Origin: a virus
DNA: 64,000 nt
Virus record (IMG/VR): IMGVR_UViG_3300020166_000747
Strand: one strand, 5' to 3'
Below, piece after piece: positions 21,701-31,169 of this stretch. The first letter of the stretch is position 1, and every line of letters starts with the position of its first letter. The translations under genes and the position numbers were made by a program. The notes beneath the pieces are model-generated. The model saw nothing but the letters and a program-made list of their open reading frames with translations. It was not told the origin of the DNA and ran no database searches.

Positions 21701-24688
21701 GTTTGCAGTTTCTTTTGCACTCTCACCAGTTGTTTTACGTTTATAATATTTGTGGTCGTATGGGTTTAGGACAACGTCTCCTGCATTGTATGTTGCAGTA
21801 GAATTCATATCGTATGTTGGGTATGCTACATCTGTAGAAACTTTTTCGATAACAATTGCAGAAAAACTTTCTGAACGATTAGGCTCACCAGCATGTACAA
21901 ATAAGTCGTAATTGTCACTAGGAATGTCGGTATAGTGACTATTAGACAGTCCCGAATTTTCTGATAGTAGTTTGAAGTTATTAACAAACCCACCTAGCTT
22001 TGAACCTAATTTAAATTCATATTGCTCACGCTGTGCTGTGATAGAAGACGTACTGAATCCTTCACGTGCATGATAGTATGAAATGATATTATCTACTTGT
22101 GTCGCATAGTTATCTAGCACTTCAAACGGCTTAGTCAAAATCATTAGTAAGAATTCTGCAAATGCATATTCACTACTGCGTCTCCATGCCATCTCAACAG
22201 GTGATCCGTCTCCGAATTCCCAATCTTGATCCATAGTTGAAATTTCTGCGGCTGTGATTGCTCCGCTGAAAAACAAATCATTCATAGTAGCAATCTGACC
22301 GTAACTATCTACTGGTACTGGCCAGTCTTTCTGACGAGCCGATTTTAGATTTTCCCAAAATGAAATCTGAGTGTAGTCGCTACCATACAATGCATCAAAG
22401 TTATCTGGCTTTTGTGATAGACCAACTGCTACCCACGGCTCAACTACTGGGTTATCGGTACCATATACATATTGCATGATGCCGCGCCAATGCCCAGGTG
22501 ATTGTTCGTTAATAGAACGATAGTTCCATGTCTTCCAGTTGTCTGGATCGAATGTATCATTGTATAGATTATCGATATTGTTTCTAATCATCCACTTCTT
22601 AAAGAATGGATACTGTATATATTTTTTCTCTGCGATTGAATATTCGACTGTTGCATCACGGTATATACCGTAATCAAAATGATTGATAGTGTTATCTGAT
22701 ACAGATGGGGCAAGTCTATTGTATATGAGAGTTTCGAATTCTAATAGAATGTCATCTGTTCTATCGCCCCATGCTGGAGTAACAGAACCATCGTGTCCTA
22801 CAATCATTTCAGTTGTAGGTGTGTATTCAATATCAGTTACACGTCTCGGAACATACAAAGCATTGATATCTAACTTAGTTGAACTGGGTGGGATGAATGT
22901 GTCAGCAAGTTTTTCAAAATATCGTATCTGTATGATGTCAGTTGCTTGCGCTGTGTATTCAGTAAATACTACTTCGCTACCTTGAAGTTCATAATCTGTA
23001 ATATTCTTTTGTAGAACACCGTTAAGATACACAGAAAGTTTTTCTGTATCAATAACGTCTGCAATCATGTTATCCGGGATCGGTTGAAAACGAGAACCAA
23101 CAGCAATATCAATTTCGCCTAATGTATAGTGACTTAGATTGTTACCGAAATTAACCATACCAGTTCCGTCAAATACACTAATACTTGAACGTTTTGCTAG
23201 AGATATTTCTGCAATTGCTTGTTCTAAAATTTCGGTTGTCGTTTTCGTATCACTGCTAGTATCTTCTAGTATATCTCTTACAACGGTTACTAATTTATTT
23301 TTATAATTGCTATAAGCTGATGCTAAGAATTCAACAGACTTAACTGGATCATAGTCATCACGTGTTACTGCAAAATATGCTTTCTTAATATCGATAGAAT
23401 TACGAACTAACACACTGCCCAAATTATTGAAGCGTGTCTTATCTGTGTTATCACCAATCTGTCTATAATTGTTTACACCATTCGCTTCGCCAGTTAGTCC
23501 ATCTGTCGTTTCAATCAATCTAATCATATGTTCATAGACTGTTGAGTACGTCATTTCTTTAAGATTGTGATATTCGTTATCTGTATTGTATTCGATTGCT
23601 GGATCAATACGCTGCCATACAAAATCGCCATCTACTACAACATTATCTGCGGTAGCATAGTCAATGTATACATAACCTTCTACTGTGCTATCAAATTCGA
23701 CTGCACTGTTTGAATATGTATAGTTACCGATTTGTTTGATACCATCTACATATACATCAATGTCATTTGCACTTAGTGCTGGTTGTGTAAGTTCTACACG
23801 ATCCACTTCACCAGTGCCAACTTCATGGCGTAAGTTTCTGTAATTGAAATCACATTCAGTATACAAGTCAACAAATGAACTGTCAAGCTCAAACTTTATT
23901 CCTTGTGGCAAATCTATTCTGAATACATATTCACTATGATAATCTCCAGCTTTAACTTTAGGAGCAAATCCCAATTCAATGTCAAGTGGGAAGTTATCAT
24001 TTACAACATACTCAAAAATACTGTAAGTATTATCGCCGTCGTCTGATACGAATTTAGGGACTTCCCATTCTGTTACACTAGCATTTGCAATTGTTAGTCT
24101 TGCATCAAATTCAATAATAGGACGAGTAGCTTGTTCGATATATTGTTTGTTGTCGCTCGTAATGAACTCACGAATGTCATCATAGTGGTACCATGCGTTG
24201 TTTTCGCCCCACCAGTTACCAGTAGAGTTTTCAACAGTAACGTAATGTTTATTATCGCTACCTTGTAATCCGTTTACAAAGAACCCGGGACGTACCCAAT
24301 AATATAAACTCCAGTTCGCAAACTTGTCCGCATCAATCGGTAGACTAACTGTAAAAGATGTTGACTTAAACAATCTTCTGTGGTCATTTGTCAACATACC
24401 TTTATTGAACATTGCATTTAGCAAATCATCATAGTATATGTTATCGTTTATTTGAGTATTTGAAAATACAGGTTCTAGTCCGTAATTGTCACGCTGAAAC
24501 AAATGTTCAGGGAAAGACATATAAACATCTTTGTCACTGTAAATACCTTTCTCTTTTCTACCAAGGAATGCTTTTTCTTTTTGCATTGATCCTTTAGAGA
24601 ACGCACGTTCTAGTGTAGCATCAAAGATACTTTCTAGTTCACTATTGCGTAAGTGTGCTGGGAGAAAGTTATATATTTTATTCGCCAT
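15701..24688 (-). CDS. Giant (2995 aa) virion structural protein, gp7-like position in baseplate wedge operon
   Basis: Uninterrupted ORF directly after gp6; acidic, beta-rich, YxxKPYHTKIR motif near the C-terminus. Assignment by synteny. Confidence 0.6.
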   Translation of the reverse strand: MANKIYNFLPAHLRNSELESIFDATLERAFSKGSMQKEKAFLGRKEKGIYSDKDVYMSFPEHLFQRDNYGLEPVFSNTQINDNIYYDDLLNAMFNKGMLTNDHRRLFKSTSFTVSLPIDADKFANWSLYYWVRPGFFVNGLQGSDNKHYVTVENSTGNWWGENNAWYHYDDIREFITSDNKQYIEQATRPIIEFDARLTIANASVTEWEVPKFVSDDGDNTYSIFEYVVNDNFPLDIELGFAPKVKAGDYHSEYVFRIDLPQGIKFELDSSFVDLYTECDFNYRNLRHEVGTGEVDRVELTQPALSANDIDVYVDGIKQIGNYTYSNSAVEFDSTVEGYVYIDYATADNVVVDGDFVWQRIDPAIEYNTDNEYHNLKEMTYSTVYEHMIRLIETTDGLTGEANGVNNYRQIGDNTDKTRFNNLGSVLVRNSIDIKKAYFAVTRDDYDPVKSVEFLASAYSNYKNKLVTVVRDILEDTSSDTKTTTEILEQAIAEISLAKRSSISVFDGTGMVNFGNNLSHYTLGEIDIAVGSRFQPIPDNMIADVIDTEKLSVYLNGVLQKNITDYELQGSEVVFTEYTAQATDIIQIRYFEKLADTFIPPSSTKLDINALYVPRRVTDIEYTPTTEMIVGHDGSVTPAWGDRTDDILLEFETLIYNRLAPSVSDNTINHFDYGIYRDATVEYSIAEKKYIQYPFFKKWMIRNNIDNLYNDTFDPDNWKTWNYRSINEQSPGHWRGIMQYVYGTDNPVVEPWVAVGLSQKPDNFDALYGSDYTQISFWENLKSARQKDWPVPVDSYGQIATMNDLFFSGAITAAEISTMDQDWEFGDGSPVEMAWRRSSEYAFAEFLLMILTKPFEVLDNYATQVDNIISYYHAREGFSTSSITAQREQYEFKLGSKLGGFVNNFKLLSENSGLSNSHYTDIPSDNYDLFVHAGEPNRSESFSAIVIEKVSTDVAYPTYDMNSTATYNAGDVVLNPYDHKYYKRKTTGESAKETANSIKFDYAMWTLISQPKTREFGYRIHGYDDYNPMFFTLDWDKTSKRKVWSTDGDQANINVWTSGEYYRQDSYTVYNNKPYVSLLNHTASSLFDNDIKNWKLLPEWPRVNKVEANGYRETLLDQIKTYNYGDILSTRDEVAHLMVGYQAYLKAIGWDFTDVDEDNRVVDFERLLEKFLDWSAEVHQPGDFITLTPILLSGSFEAPYGVATVGRETNKNYYRVVDENGRQLPDTDIKFNSDGSKITWESTTPVYGIKLDVADIEQAFVVDRVDSYGDVIYDPFSHNRNLRMIVDCNRTTDWDGTLAADGYIVYENELVPNLETMVGETRYYRDTIVDQSLKNINNLKSNQIGYSPRTYLTNHGVERESQLEFYKGFLAGKSTVSSINRIINFNSNFEDLKHRDIWAIKIADYGKLDNNLSVSSTVNTIDIVSDPHVVHFNMDNKMPTVEFGKRVAIKTAGYVDPSDVNYVVQDSDTLETSTLPYYEGDLAWVRFDEERDWDVKRLSEVAEINFISETSDGQLKVALTNEVSTSETVYLKIINGNVDPEIQGNYYLVSDGTRISNGVNVYEYLVFDQTYEPLVVEIDTTTDNSVYIPTSGTIGVEAISYVSNPTILSGDTLVIDGEIFTYVPGTGGTSTGISIGGSTATADPIVSEGEQVRIVVYGDDGLIANTNTLVTFSGTNATATQTVTSLAGDKIDINGETITIDYSATQSIRAESTATVTTDLTTGETLVIDSNGNNDNVTIRDIEVVGSIEYPTITETKSIRINGVTVTFTVPGPVTGSDSEEIQTGVATDVSSITLTTDMTNFLPGDITVDNGVDTPYVLTTSAYTYANDVITFNTPIADGQVDDDGDPLTPDVDQDGLVDITVELVAQPVAQFLSTQDIIDEINSTGAPVTASIDVSNFVMLISSTAQLTMTGNALLDIGFGSSSIIESKLANLADDLNSLTYLDSYISGDILIIETDEDELTLSGSAFNDLGFPSNTFETNSNPTASSVAQQINSLNIPNISASVSVGRLKISSNSANIIIEENVSTPGSMLRIGFSQTSVEVNSIDSIITDLNSALSDLLGTSAQEFDRRVLIASDESSIVLSDITGNAWNDLGIAVGTYSNTNTLSSSAAEFQEQINDASDNVTVNISSDGRMIFTSENNTMTFSGTTQAMLDKIGLSNEYTSVTSNADFKVMRWKSVRFTPRYNGDDFDEFYAELGLNYTSLIWADEYLNSGWAVLNRNEYGTLHILNRRAKPVNTDYVNRIVAKSGDEFYDYQLFDPINFKIAGSIAKDIDYVDWNDPAKYDVTLNSDLWLSQSLGKIWWDTNLTRYYRYDDYGDANGNIDIDYAKRFWGKIVPGSEVVVKQWVTSEKLPDGVSQFNTETYFDSIKNKTVTKYYYWIATGDEARYAKEFSVEEISMMIASPTTVNKFFPVDGDTVIVSNNANILTSDTITYSIEYNVDDNRETHHTDWELVSRKSSAPLEDIFLQDFKNSIANSEISHYEQFEVSATDITSTGVAFSYDWIGDNSLTHNDIVVTVNNVIVSNNDFVINVDEVTILSAVDILEDDVVRVYHVSEYDSWFANITDARDNFASTVLSTLSKRMIATDFPMYNDYIALNHGVFATTNWYHAEEYETIDTFEYLSRTRNIDMIALHNSGVSSFKVELPDGDEYYFPVNGEIRLVHKTNSVLDLDFSITELTVPETVRLTANQLSVQLHELMNMIYKYAEVSEIKTIFFDMIEYMYTERTHPEWIFKTSYIDLTMFNKPLRQYAIYQRDTYQDTIDYVMETKPYHTKIRTTERIYPTDETADLTVDALHHMHITKYFGEHSRFELNGIDGGDEEVTDTSLFEPLVDGEYLGGKFLRNDIGYTYSADGFDTGEFSASARDASIVTVDTFTDETRTTLDRKEFYVYDKFGRGYHIPVTDSGTISSFDGETLVVNQASKFKAAKSKTIRLVAVEDANGNVEFMVYDSKSTNNLRISERGVYNGVATSVDNGNTIYVLGAPDQIYSHEDT

Positions 24689-24690
24689 TC

Positions 24691-27600
24691 TTATTCACCT
24701 GTTAATTCATTGTCTGCAATTGATGAAATTATTTTTACATCTTTTGATGTTACTACGCTCAAGAAAATCTCATGCGGTTCACAATTAATACTTAGCAAGT
24801 TCTTAAAATCATTTCCTGAATATTTTGGAGTAATCACAACACTTGAAATATAATCTGAAAGTTCTTGGTGTAGATATGCTGCTAGTTCAGAGAAGTAGAA
24901 TTGATCCCCAAAATCCCAGTTATCTAAATTAAAATATTCATTAACTTTTTTAGCAACTACACTTTTAATTTCACTGTTAGTGTATGCTGTGCCACGTTTA
25001 GCAATAACTTTAAATACTGCTTGATTTTCTGCATCTGCATAATCACCAAATAACATTTTAAACTTTACCGGGATATAACTTACGTGATCGCCGATAGCTG
25101 CCTTGTCTTCAATAGATTCCATAATCTTGCGAAGTTCAAAATTGTTAGGAGATGCTGGGATAACATCACTGAACCCATTAGCAATCCACTCGTTGATGTT
25201 TCTAACGTAGTCTGACGTAAGAACATACATATCAATGATGTTGCTTGTACTCGGGTCAATTCTCTTATCTACATCGGCATAATGATCCCATCGGAAACTC
25301 ATAAACGTATCTTCAACGTAACTACGTCCCATAACAACACGATAATGAACGTTGTTATAATCAATTTCAGTGCCATCTTCATTTACCAAACCATACTCAA
25401 AACTAGGTGTCCAGATTCCTGAAATCTTACGTTTCCAAACATTTGTCTCTGGGTTATACCAAATAATAGCAGTAGACGGTAGTGCTTCTGTATCCGTTGC
25501 TGCAATTGCACGACTTGATACTTTTTCGTAAGTAACGTCATCATAAGTGTAATCTTCAAGTATGATATATGATACAACTTCACCATTGAATACATTAAGA
25601 ATTCCGTGAGGATCCTTCTCTGAATCCATATGCAACACTTTAACTTTTGAATAATCTGTATAACCTGCATCGGTAATAAATTTACCATACACGTAACTTT
25701 GTACATCTTTATATGATTGTACTTTTACATTAGTTCTATATGTAACATCTACTACTGCTTCAACTTTAACTGAGAACGTTGATAAATCTGCGATACCTAC
25801 GCCTGCAATACTTACGTCAAGTAATGATCCTTCACCAGGATCATATGTCCAGAATGTAATCGTATATGTTGATGCATCTACTTCCATATCCCAATGTTCA
25901 TTAGAAATGAATGTGCCGTTTGGCATCTGAACTAAGATACCTTCTTCTGATAAAACTGTTGTAGAATTAAAAACGATTTTACCATATGCTAACTGCTTCC
26001 ATTTAACATCGTTATCATTTAAGTCAATTCCCCAACCATCGTTTCTTGGAAATTCAAACTCATACATGTTGCCGTTCACTGTAGTGAAATACTCGGTCTG
26101 TACTCCACGCATTGGGTCTTCTGCCGTATCAATTGTTTCACCTTCTGGAAGTTCGTTTTGGTCTACCCAAATAAAGTTCGCACTATCACTTGCGTCTGAG
26201 AAATATGATGCACTCGGTGTTCCCTTGAATCCTGTATCAAGTAAATCTGCTGAACTCAACGTCACTGTAGAAGATGTAGATGCAACGTTTGCGGCGTCTA
26301 CTGTTTCGACATTAACTGCTAGAGCAGGATAAATGAACTCATTACTGTCTTCAACATCTACGTCACTTTCTACTATACTAGATTCACCAATAAACCCAGA
26401 AGTATCTGCGATATCAAATGAGATTATATATTGAGGTTCTTCTCCGATAATTGGAACATCGCCGTTTACGTCTAGTTCAGGAGTAATTGGATATTCTATA
26501 CCTAGCGGAGATACCAAGTAATGTTGTGTACTTCTGTGTACAATTTGACCTGGGTGACCATTGATAAATTCTAATGTTTCCTTTGCACCAGTATATTGAT
26601 ATACCGCATCAAACGTTGCTCCATTGCCGTCTGGTATGTAATTAGAAATTGGAGTGTAACCAATTGCAACTGAATCTGATTGTAAGTTGTCTATTGCAAC
26701 TGAATCAGCTTGTACATCGTAGTAGTTAATTAAAAGCTGGTCGCGCTCTGCTAAATTAGTTTCATTGTCAACAACCATTTCATTATTGCCATAATAAAAT
26801 TTAACTTGATCATTACTTTCAAATACAATTTTCTTACCAGTGAAACTTACTGAATATTCTGCTTCATTATCTCTGATGCCAGGGTTATATGATAGTTCTA
26901 AGAATACATCTGTTCCAGGAACAAGTTCAGTAGTCTCATCATGAATTTCCCATCCCCACTTCACTCCATCAAATACATATTTGATAATAAATGATGACAC
27001 TGAAAGGTCTTCAATCTTTTGAGATTTAATATCTGTGATTTCAGTGTCTTCAAAACGTGTTCTATAACCTCTAACAATAGCTTCTATCTGTCCTGATAAT
27101 TCTGGAATAATATCTGTAACTTCAAAGTTATTGAGGTTAGATACTGGTGAACTCGAACTATAATTCATTCTTGTCCAATACTCTGTTTCGCTATCACCAA
27201 CAAGTTTAACAAAGTCACCAGAGCGTATACCATTAATCATAGTAATACGAGGAACAATAACTTTAGGGTCTGTTGGGTCGATATCAAACATCTCTGGTGC
27301 TAGAGTTAAATCAATAACCGCGTCAGTGTTTGTTTTGTTTGCGGAATAGAAAAGATTTACTAAACTTGGGTGTCTAATTGCTTTTGCAATTTCGTTTCTG
27401 ATAAAATCAGTAGCGTTACCATTCTGTCTGTTGAAACGTAAGTTCATGGTAACAGCATCATCGTCCATATACACAGAACCATCTGTGCCAGTAATACTGA
27501 TATTAGAATGATGTCCTGTAACATCGTCCATTTCAAAGTAACGTGAATTACCTGCGTATGTTGTGTTTACTGCTTTTACTTTTGATACGATATTTGAACC

Positions 27601-28929
27601 AAGTGATAGCGGAAGAACGTTATAATCTTGTGCGTTCACCATTCTATCTTGTGCATAGTATGAGCGCGGCGCAATGCGTCTTACACTTGTGTATGATTCT
27701 GCTGCAAAGTTTTCAGAGAAGTCACGGGTAGACGAAAGAGTAAGAACTAAGCGATAGTTCTTTTTGTCTGCGCCAGTGTATGGAATAGAAATTGTTTTTT
27801 CTTTAACGTCATTTCTGTCTACTCTATAGTTTTCATTATCTGTTACACGATACCAAACACGATAGTTACCACTTGCAGCATTACCAAATACACCATCGCC
27901 ATAATGCAATTCAATTGCATTGTTATTGATTGTGTTAACGCTTACGATATCACCGTTACCGTTACGAAGTGAATTATAGACTGCTGTTTCTCTTGTATCG
28001 TTGTCTACTTTTGTTACACTAGATGAATATGTGTTAGTATTATCTACACGTTGTACCCAAACATCGGTGTTTGAAATATTATTAGTCGCAACTGTTTCGA
28101 TAAGATTTGAGATTTTTGTACTGTATGAAAAGTTTTCAAACTGTAGTGTACCAGTCTTTGCATAAACAAAGAAGCCTGTTCTATCACTTGCTGGGCCTAG
28201 ATTGTCATTTCTGTTTACGATTGTAAACTTCTTTGTTTCAATTGGCTCTGCTTCAAGAATTTTATCATCTGTGAATGCAGTACGCACTGCTTCAAATCTT
28301 CTATTCTTACCAGAGACTGGAGCTTCAAAAGAAAATGATACTGCACGTGACGCATCTGTTTCATTAAGTTCATAAAGATAATTCTCAACACCAGCAACTA
28401 CCATACTTGCCATTGGGTCTTGAATTTTTGAAGATGATGCAAGCGCGGCATTGATAACGTCAATAAAGTTTTCATACCAGTCAGTATTGTTAGAGTCATT
28501 CCAATTGATTGTGCGATTGGCTAGAGAGTTACCTTCGTTATCTGCAATTGGTTGATCTGTTGTAATACTTGTAATTTTTAAGAAGCCACGTGCGTTTGTC
28601 GGACGCGTCTTATTATATCCCAACGTCTTAGCCATACGTAGAACACTTTCACGGCGTTCTGCTGTATCTAAGAAGTTTTCGCGTGTGTTCATATCAAGTC
28701 TAAATGACAATGAATGTCCTAGATATGCAACCAAATCTAAAATTGCAATAAATTCTGAACTTGCGATAAAGTCATTAAACTTATCTGGGTATGTTGTCGC
28801 AACATAATCAACTAGTGCGGCTCTGATAGTATCAAAGTCGTATGCTTTTAAACTTACATTTGTAAACGCTGTATAAACTGCTGTCCAGCTTTCACTTGCA
28901 AATAAATTGTCAACTCTTTCTTGACTCAT
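24691..28929 (-). CDS. gp6: Baseplate wedge subunit, T4 gp6-like
   Basis: YDFDTIR...DFIASSE...LDLVAY...ENFLDTAERRESVLRMAKTLGY; YGDGVFG; QDRMVNAQDY. Confidence 0.85.
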   Translation of the reverse strand: MSQERVDNLFASESWTAVYTAFTNVSLKAYDFDTIRAALVDYVATTYPDKFNDFIASSEFIAILDLVAYLGHSLSFRLDMNTRENFLDTAERRESVLRMAKTLGYNKTRPTNARGFLKITSITTDQPIADNEGNSLANRTINWNDSNNTDWYENFIDVINAALASSSKIQDPMASMVVAGVENYLYELNETDASRAVSFSFEAPVSGKNRRFEAVRTAFTDDKILEAEPIETKKFTIVNRNDNLGPASDRTGFFVYAKTGTLQFENFSYSTKISNLIETVATNNISNTDVWVQRVDNTNTYSSSVTKVDNDTRETAVYNSLRNGNGDIVSVNTINNNAIELHYGDGVFGNAASGNYRVWYRVTDNENYRVDRNDVKEKTISIPYTGADKKNYRLVLTLSSTRDFSENFAAESYTSVRRIAPRSYYAQDRMVNAQDYNVLPLSLGSNIVSKVKAVNTTYAGNSRYFEMDDVTGHHSNISITGTDGSVYMDDDAVTMNLRFNRQNGNATDFIRNEIAKAIRHPSLVNLFYSANKTNTDAVIDLTLAPEMFDIDPTDPKVIVPRITMINGIRSGDFVKLVGDSETEYWTRMNYSSSSPVSNLNNFEVTDIIPELSGQIEAIVRGYRTRFEDTEITDIKSQKIEDLSVSSFIIKYVFDGVKWGWEIHDETTELVPGTDVFLELSYNPGIRDNEAEYSVSFTGKKIVFESNDQVKFYYGNNEMVVDNETNLAERDQLLINYYDVQADSVAIDNLQSDSVAIGYTPISNYIPDGNGATFDAVYQYTGAKETLEFINGHPGQIVHRSTQHYLVSPLGIEYPITPELDVNGDVPIIGEEPQYIISFDIADTSGFIGESSIVESDVDVEDSNEFIYPALAVNVETVDAANVASTSSTVTLSSADLLDTGFKGTPSASYFSDASDSANFIWVDQNELPEGETIDTAEDPMRGVQTEYFTTVNGNMYEFEFPRNDGWGIDLNDNDVKWKQLAYGKIVFNSTTVLSEEGILVQMPNGTFISNEHWDMEVDASTYTITFWTYDPGEGSLLDVSIAGVGIADLSTFSVKVEAVVDVTYRTNVKVQSYKDVQSYVYGKFITDAGYTDYSKVKVLHMDSEKDPHGILNVFNGEVVSYIILEDYTYDDVTYEKVSSRAIAATDTEALPSTAIIWYNPETNVWKRKISGIWTPSFEYGLVNEDGTEIDYNNVHYRVVMGRSYVEDTFMSFRWDHYADVDKRIDPSTSNIIDMYVLTSDYVRNINEWIANGFSDVIPASPNNFELRKIMESIEDKAAIGDHVSYIPVKFKMLFGDYADAENQAVFKVIAKRGTAYTNSEIKSVVAKKVNEYFNLDNWDFGDQFYFSELAAYLHQELSDYISSVVITPKYSGNDFKNLLSINCEPHEIFLSVVTSKDVKIISSIADNELTGE

Positions 28930-28930
28930 G

Positions 28931-29293
28931 TTATTCTCTCTCTAAATCTATTTGTAGGATCACAGGTTCATCTTCGTTTACGATTGATACTGTAAGTTCT
29001 ACGTTTATGGTATGGTCTGTATCTGATACATCAATATTATCTAAGTTGACTCTAGGGTCTTCGTCAATAATTGCTGTGATATCTTCTTCAATAATATCTT
29101 TGATTGCAGGAGTTAACGGTTCAAATATTAGTTCATGAATAATGCTACCATATGTAGGCATCATTACACGCTCACCTTTGCGAGTCATAATATGGTTCAT
29201 CAAGTCTTCAATAACAAGGTCTTTGCCTGTTAAGACATGATTAATAGCACTTTTATTCTTTGTGCTAAAACCTGAAAATCTAATATTGTTCAT
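28931..29293 (-). CDS. gp25: Baseplate wedge subunit, gp25/GPW family
   Basis: TRKGERVMMPTYGS.I.ELIFEP...DPRV; start MNNIRF with AGAGAG RBS. Confidence 0.9.
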   Translation of the reverse strand: MNNIRFSGFSTKNKSAINHVLTGKDLVIEDLMNHIMTRKGERVMMPTYGSIIHELIFEPLTPAIKDIIEEDITAIIDEDPRVNLDNIDVSDTDHTINVELTVSIVNEDEPVILQIDLERE

Positions 29294-29325
29294 GTTATTC
29301 TCTCTGTAGTTTATTCGATTAAGAG

Positions 29326-29358
29326 TATTTATCAACGTATAAACTACGAACATAAATA
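29326..29358. promoter_or_regulatory. Back-to-back late promoters: GATAAATA (-, 29333-29326) and CATAAATA (+, 29351-29358)
   Basis: Two TAAATA cores in the divergent gap, flanking TATAAACTACGAA. Confidence 0.65.
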
Positions 29359-29363
29359 TATAC

Positions 29364-30068
29364 ATGAATATAGGGATATTAGGATCAAGTTTTTCAGTAG
29401 GATGTCACCATAACTCAGAGACAGGTGAAAACAATCTTGCTGCTCCATTTGAGTCATGGTTAGTGAAATATCTACCAGAATACTCATATCATAATAGCGC
29501 ATGTTCTGGTAAGGGAACTGAATTATACCTTGACAAAATCGTGTACTTGAAAGAAAAACATGATGTAGATTTCATTTTGATGGAACTCGTAAATAATCGT
29601 TCTATGCTTAATGTAAAATCACAAGATTACGACTTGACAAATGTATCAAGCGATGTATATAAAGATAGTGCATCTATCTGGGAACATGTCCGAGGCATCA
29701 CACAACCAATCAACTATGATACGTTTGGATCAAAACGAGAATTTGATATTTGGAAACGTGTGCAAGAACAAATAGCATATAATGAAAATGCGTTTGAGTT
29801 TTGGGGTATTTTAGATTGTCAACAAGCAATAAAACTGTGTAAGATGTTGAACATAGGTGTTATTACTTGGCAAAAATCATTTGATTTTAGAGAACACGTA
29901 GACACTGATGTTAAGTTCGACAAATACCCAAATGCACACGAATATTACATAAGTAGATACAGTGAAGAAGAAATTCTATGCGACCATGTACACTTCAATG
30001 ACTCTATCAATGAAGAAATGATACGTGACTTTATATTACCGGCGATAAAAAGTAAAATTAACGCTTGA
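29364..30068 (+). CDS. SGNH/GDSL-hydrolase-like protein (esterase/acyltransferase)
   Basis: Block I GILGSSFS, block II ACSGKG, C-terminal DxxH (CDHVHF). Confidence 0.6.
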   Translation: MNIGILGSSFSVGCHHNSETGENNLAAPFESWLVKYLPEYSYHNSACSGKGTELYLDKIVYLKEKHDVDFILMELVNNRSMLNVKSQDYDLTNVSSDVYKDSASIWEHVRGITQPINYDTFGSKREFDIWKRVQEQIAYNENAFEFWGILDCQQAIKLCKMLNIGVITWQKSFDFREHVDTDVKFDKYPNAHEYYISRYSEEEILCDHVHFNDSINEEMIRDFILPAIKSKINA

Positions 30069-30093
30069 CAACAGAATAAATTACTACTATACT
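30058..30093 (+). promoter_or_regulatory. sigma70-type promoter
   Basis: TTAACGC-TTGACA (30065-30070), N17, TATACT (30088-30093). Confidence 0.8.
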
Positions 30094-30120
30094 ATTAACA
30101 TAATGATTAGGAGACTCGAA

Positions 30121-30543
30121 ATGGGTAAAATGAAAGAGATTGTAATGCAAGAAGAACAAATGGAACTGTTCGCGCTGGATGGGCTAGACTACTCAGAATA
30201 TGATGTGAACGTAGATTTTGAATTTGTGGAAACAGAGTACGATGGGTTCAAAGTTGACTCGATGATTTCATTCGATGAGTTTAATACAGAAGTTTCACCA
30301 ATTGATGTAACATATAATTACTCAGATACGTATTCACGTGATTGGATCATGTGGGAAGAAACAAAGCCTTTGGTATCATCAAGCGAAGCTGATATGTTAC
30401 GCATTGAGATCGCTGACCTAACAAAGTCACTTTACGCACAATATGAACGTGTGAAAGAACTTCTGGAAGAGAACGATTCTCTTAAAGCACAAATCGAAAA
30501 TATGTCAACTACAAAAGTTTACACTAACACAAGGAAGTTTTAA
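30121..30543 (+). CDS. Hypothetical acidic protein with C-terminal coiled coil
   Basis: AGGAG RBS before ATG 30121; TAATG coupling to clpP. Confidence 0.7.
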   Translation: MGKMKEIVMQEEQMELFALDGLDYSEYDVNVDFEFVETEYDGFKVDSMISFDEFNTEVSPIDVTYNYSDTYSRDWIMWEETKPLVSSSEADMLRIEIADLTKSLYAQYERVKELLEENDSLKAQIENMSTTKVYTNTRKF

Positions 30544-31169
30544 TGCCAAATCTAGTCCCAATGGTCGTTGACCAGTCAGCTAATGGTGAACGAAGTTATG
30601 ATATCTTTTCACGTCTTCTCAAAGAACGTGTAATTTTCTTAACTGGCGAAGTTAACGATTACCAAGCAGACTTGCTTTGCGCACAATTGCTATTCTTGGA
30701 AGCAGAAAACCCAGATAAAGATATTCACTTTTATATCAATTCGCCGGGAGGTGCTGTAACCTCGGGTCTTGCTATCTACGACACAATGCAGTTCATCAAG
30801 CCGGATGTATCTACAACTGTTATTGGACAAGCATGTTCTATGGGTTCATTTCTAGCACAAGCTGGTGCGTCAGGTAAACGTTATGTTCTACCGAATTCTC
30901 GTACAATGGTACACCGTGTTAGCTCAGGTACTCGAGGCACTGGTGGGTCTGTTTATGTACAGGAACTTGAAATGGAAGATAATATTCGTCACTTCGAGGA
31001 ATCAAAGAATATCAATAAACGATTGACTGAATTATATGTGAAGCACAATACTGCTGGAAAAACATTCGAAGACCTATCAGCGACTATGAAGTTTGATACA
31101 TTCCTATCTGCTGAACAAGCAGTAGAATATGGTCTAGCAGATATGATGATTGAGGAGCGCCCAGCTTAA
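30543..31169 (+). CDS. clpP: ATP-dependent Clp protease proteolytic subunit
   Basis: [32 protein letters not shown] (catalytic Ser), MVH (His), A.EYGL.D. Confidence 0.95.
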   Translation: MPNLVPMVVDQSANGERSYDIFSRLLKERVIFLTGEVNDYQADLLCAQLLFLEAENPDKDIHFYINSPGGAVTSGLAIYDTMQFIKPDVSTTVIGQACSMGSFLAQAGASGKRYVLPNSRTMVHRVSSGTRGTGGSVYVQELEMEDNIRHFEESKNINKRLTELYVKHNTAGKTFEDLSATMKFDTFLSAEQAVEYGLADMMIEERPA

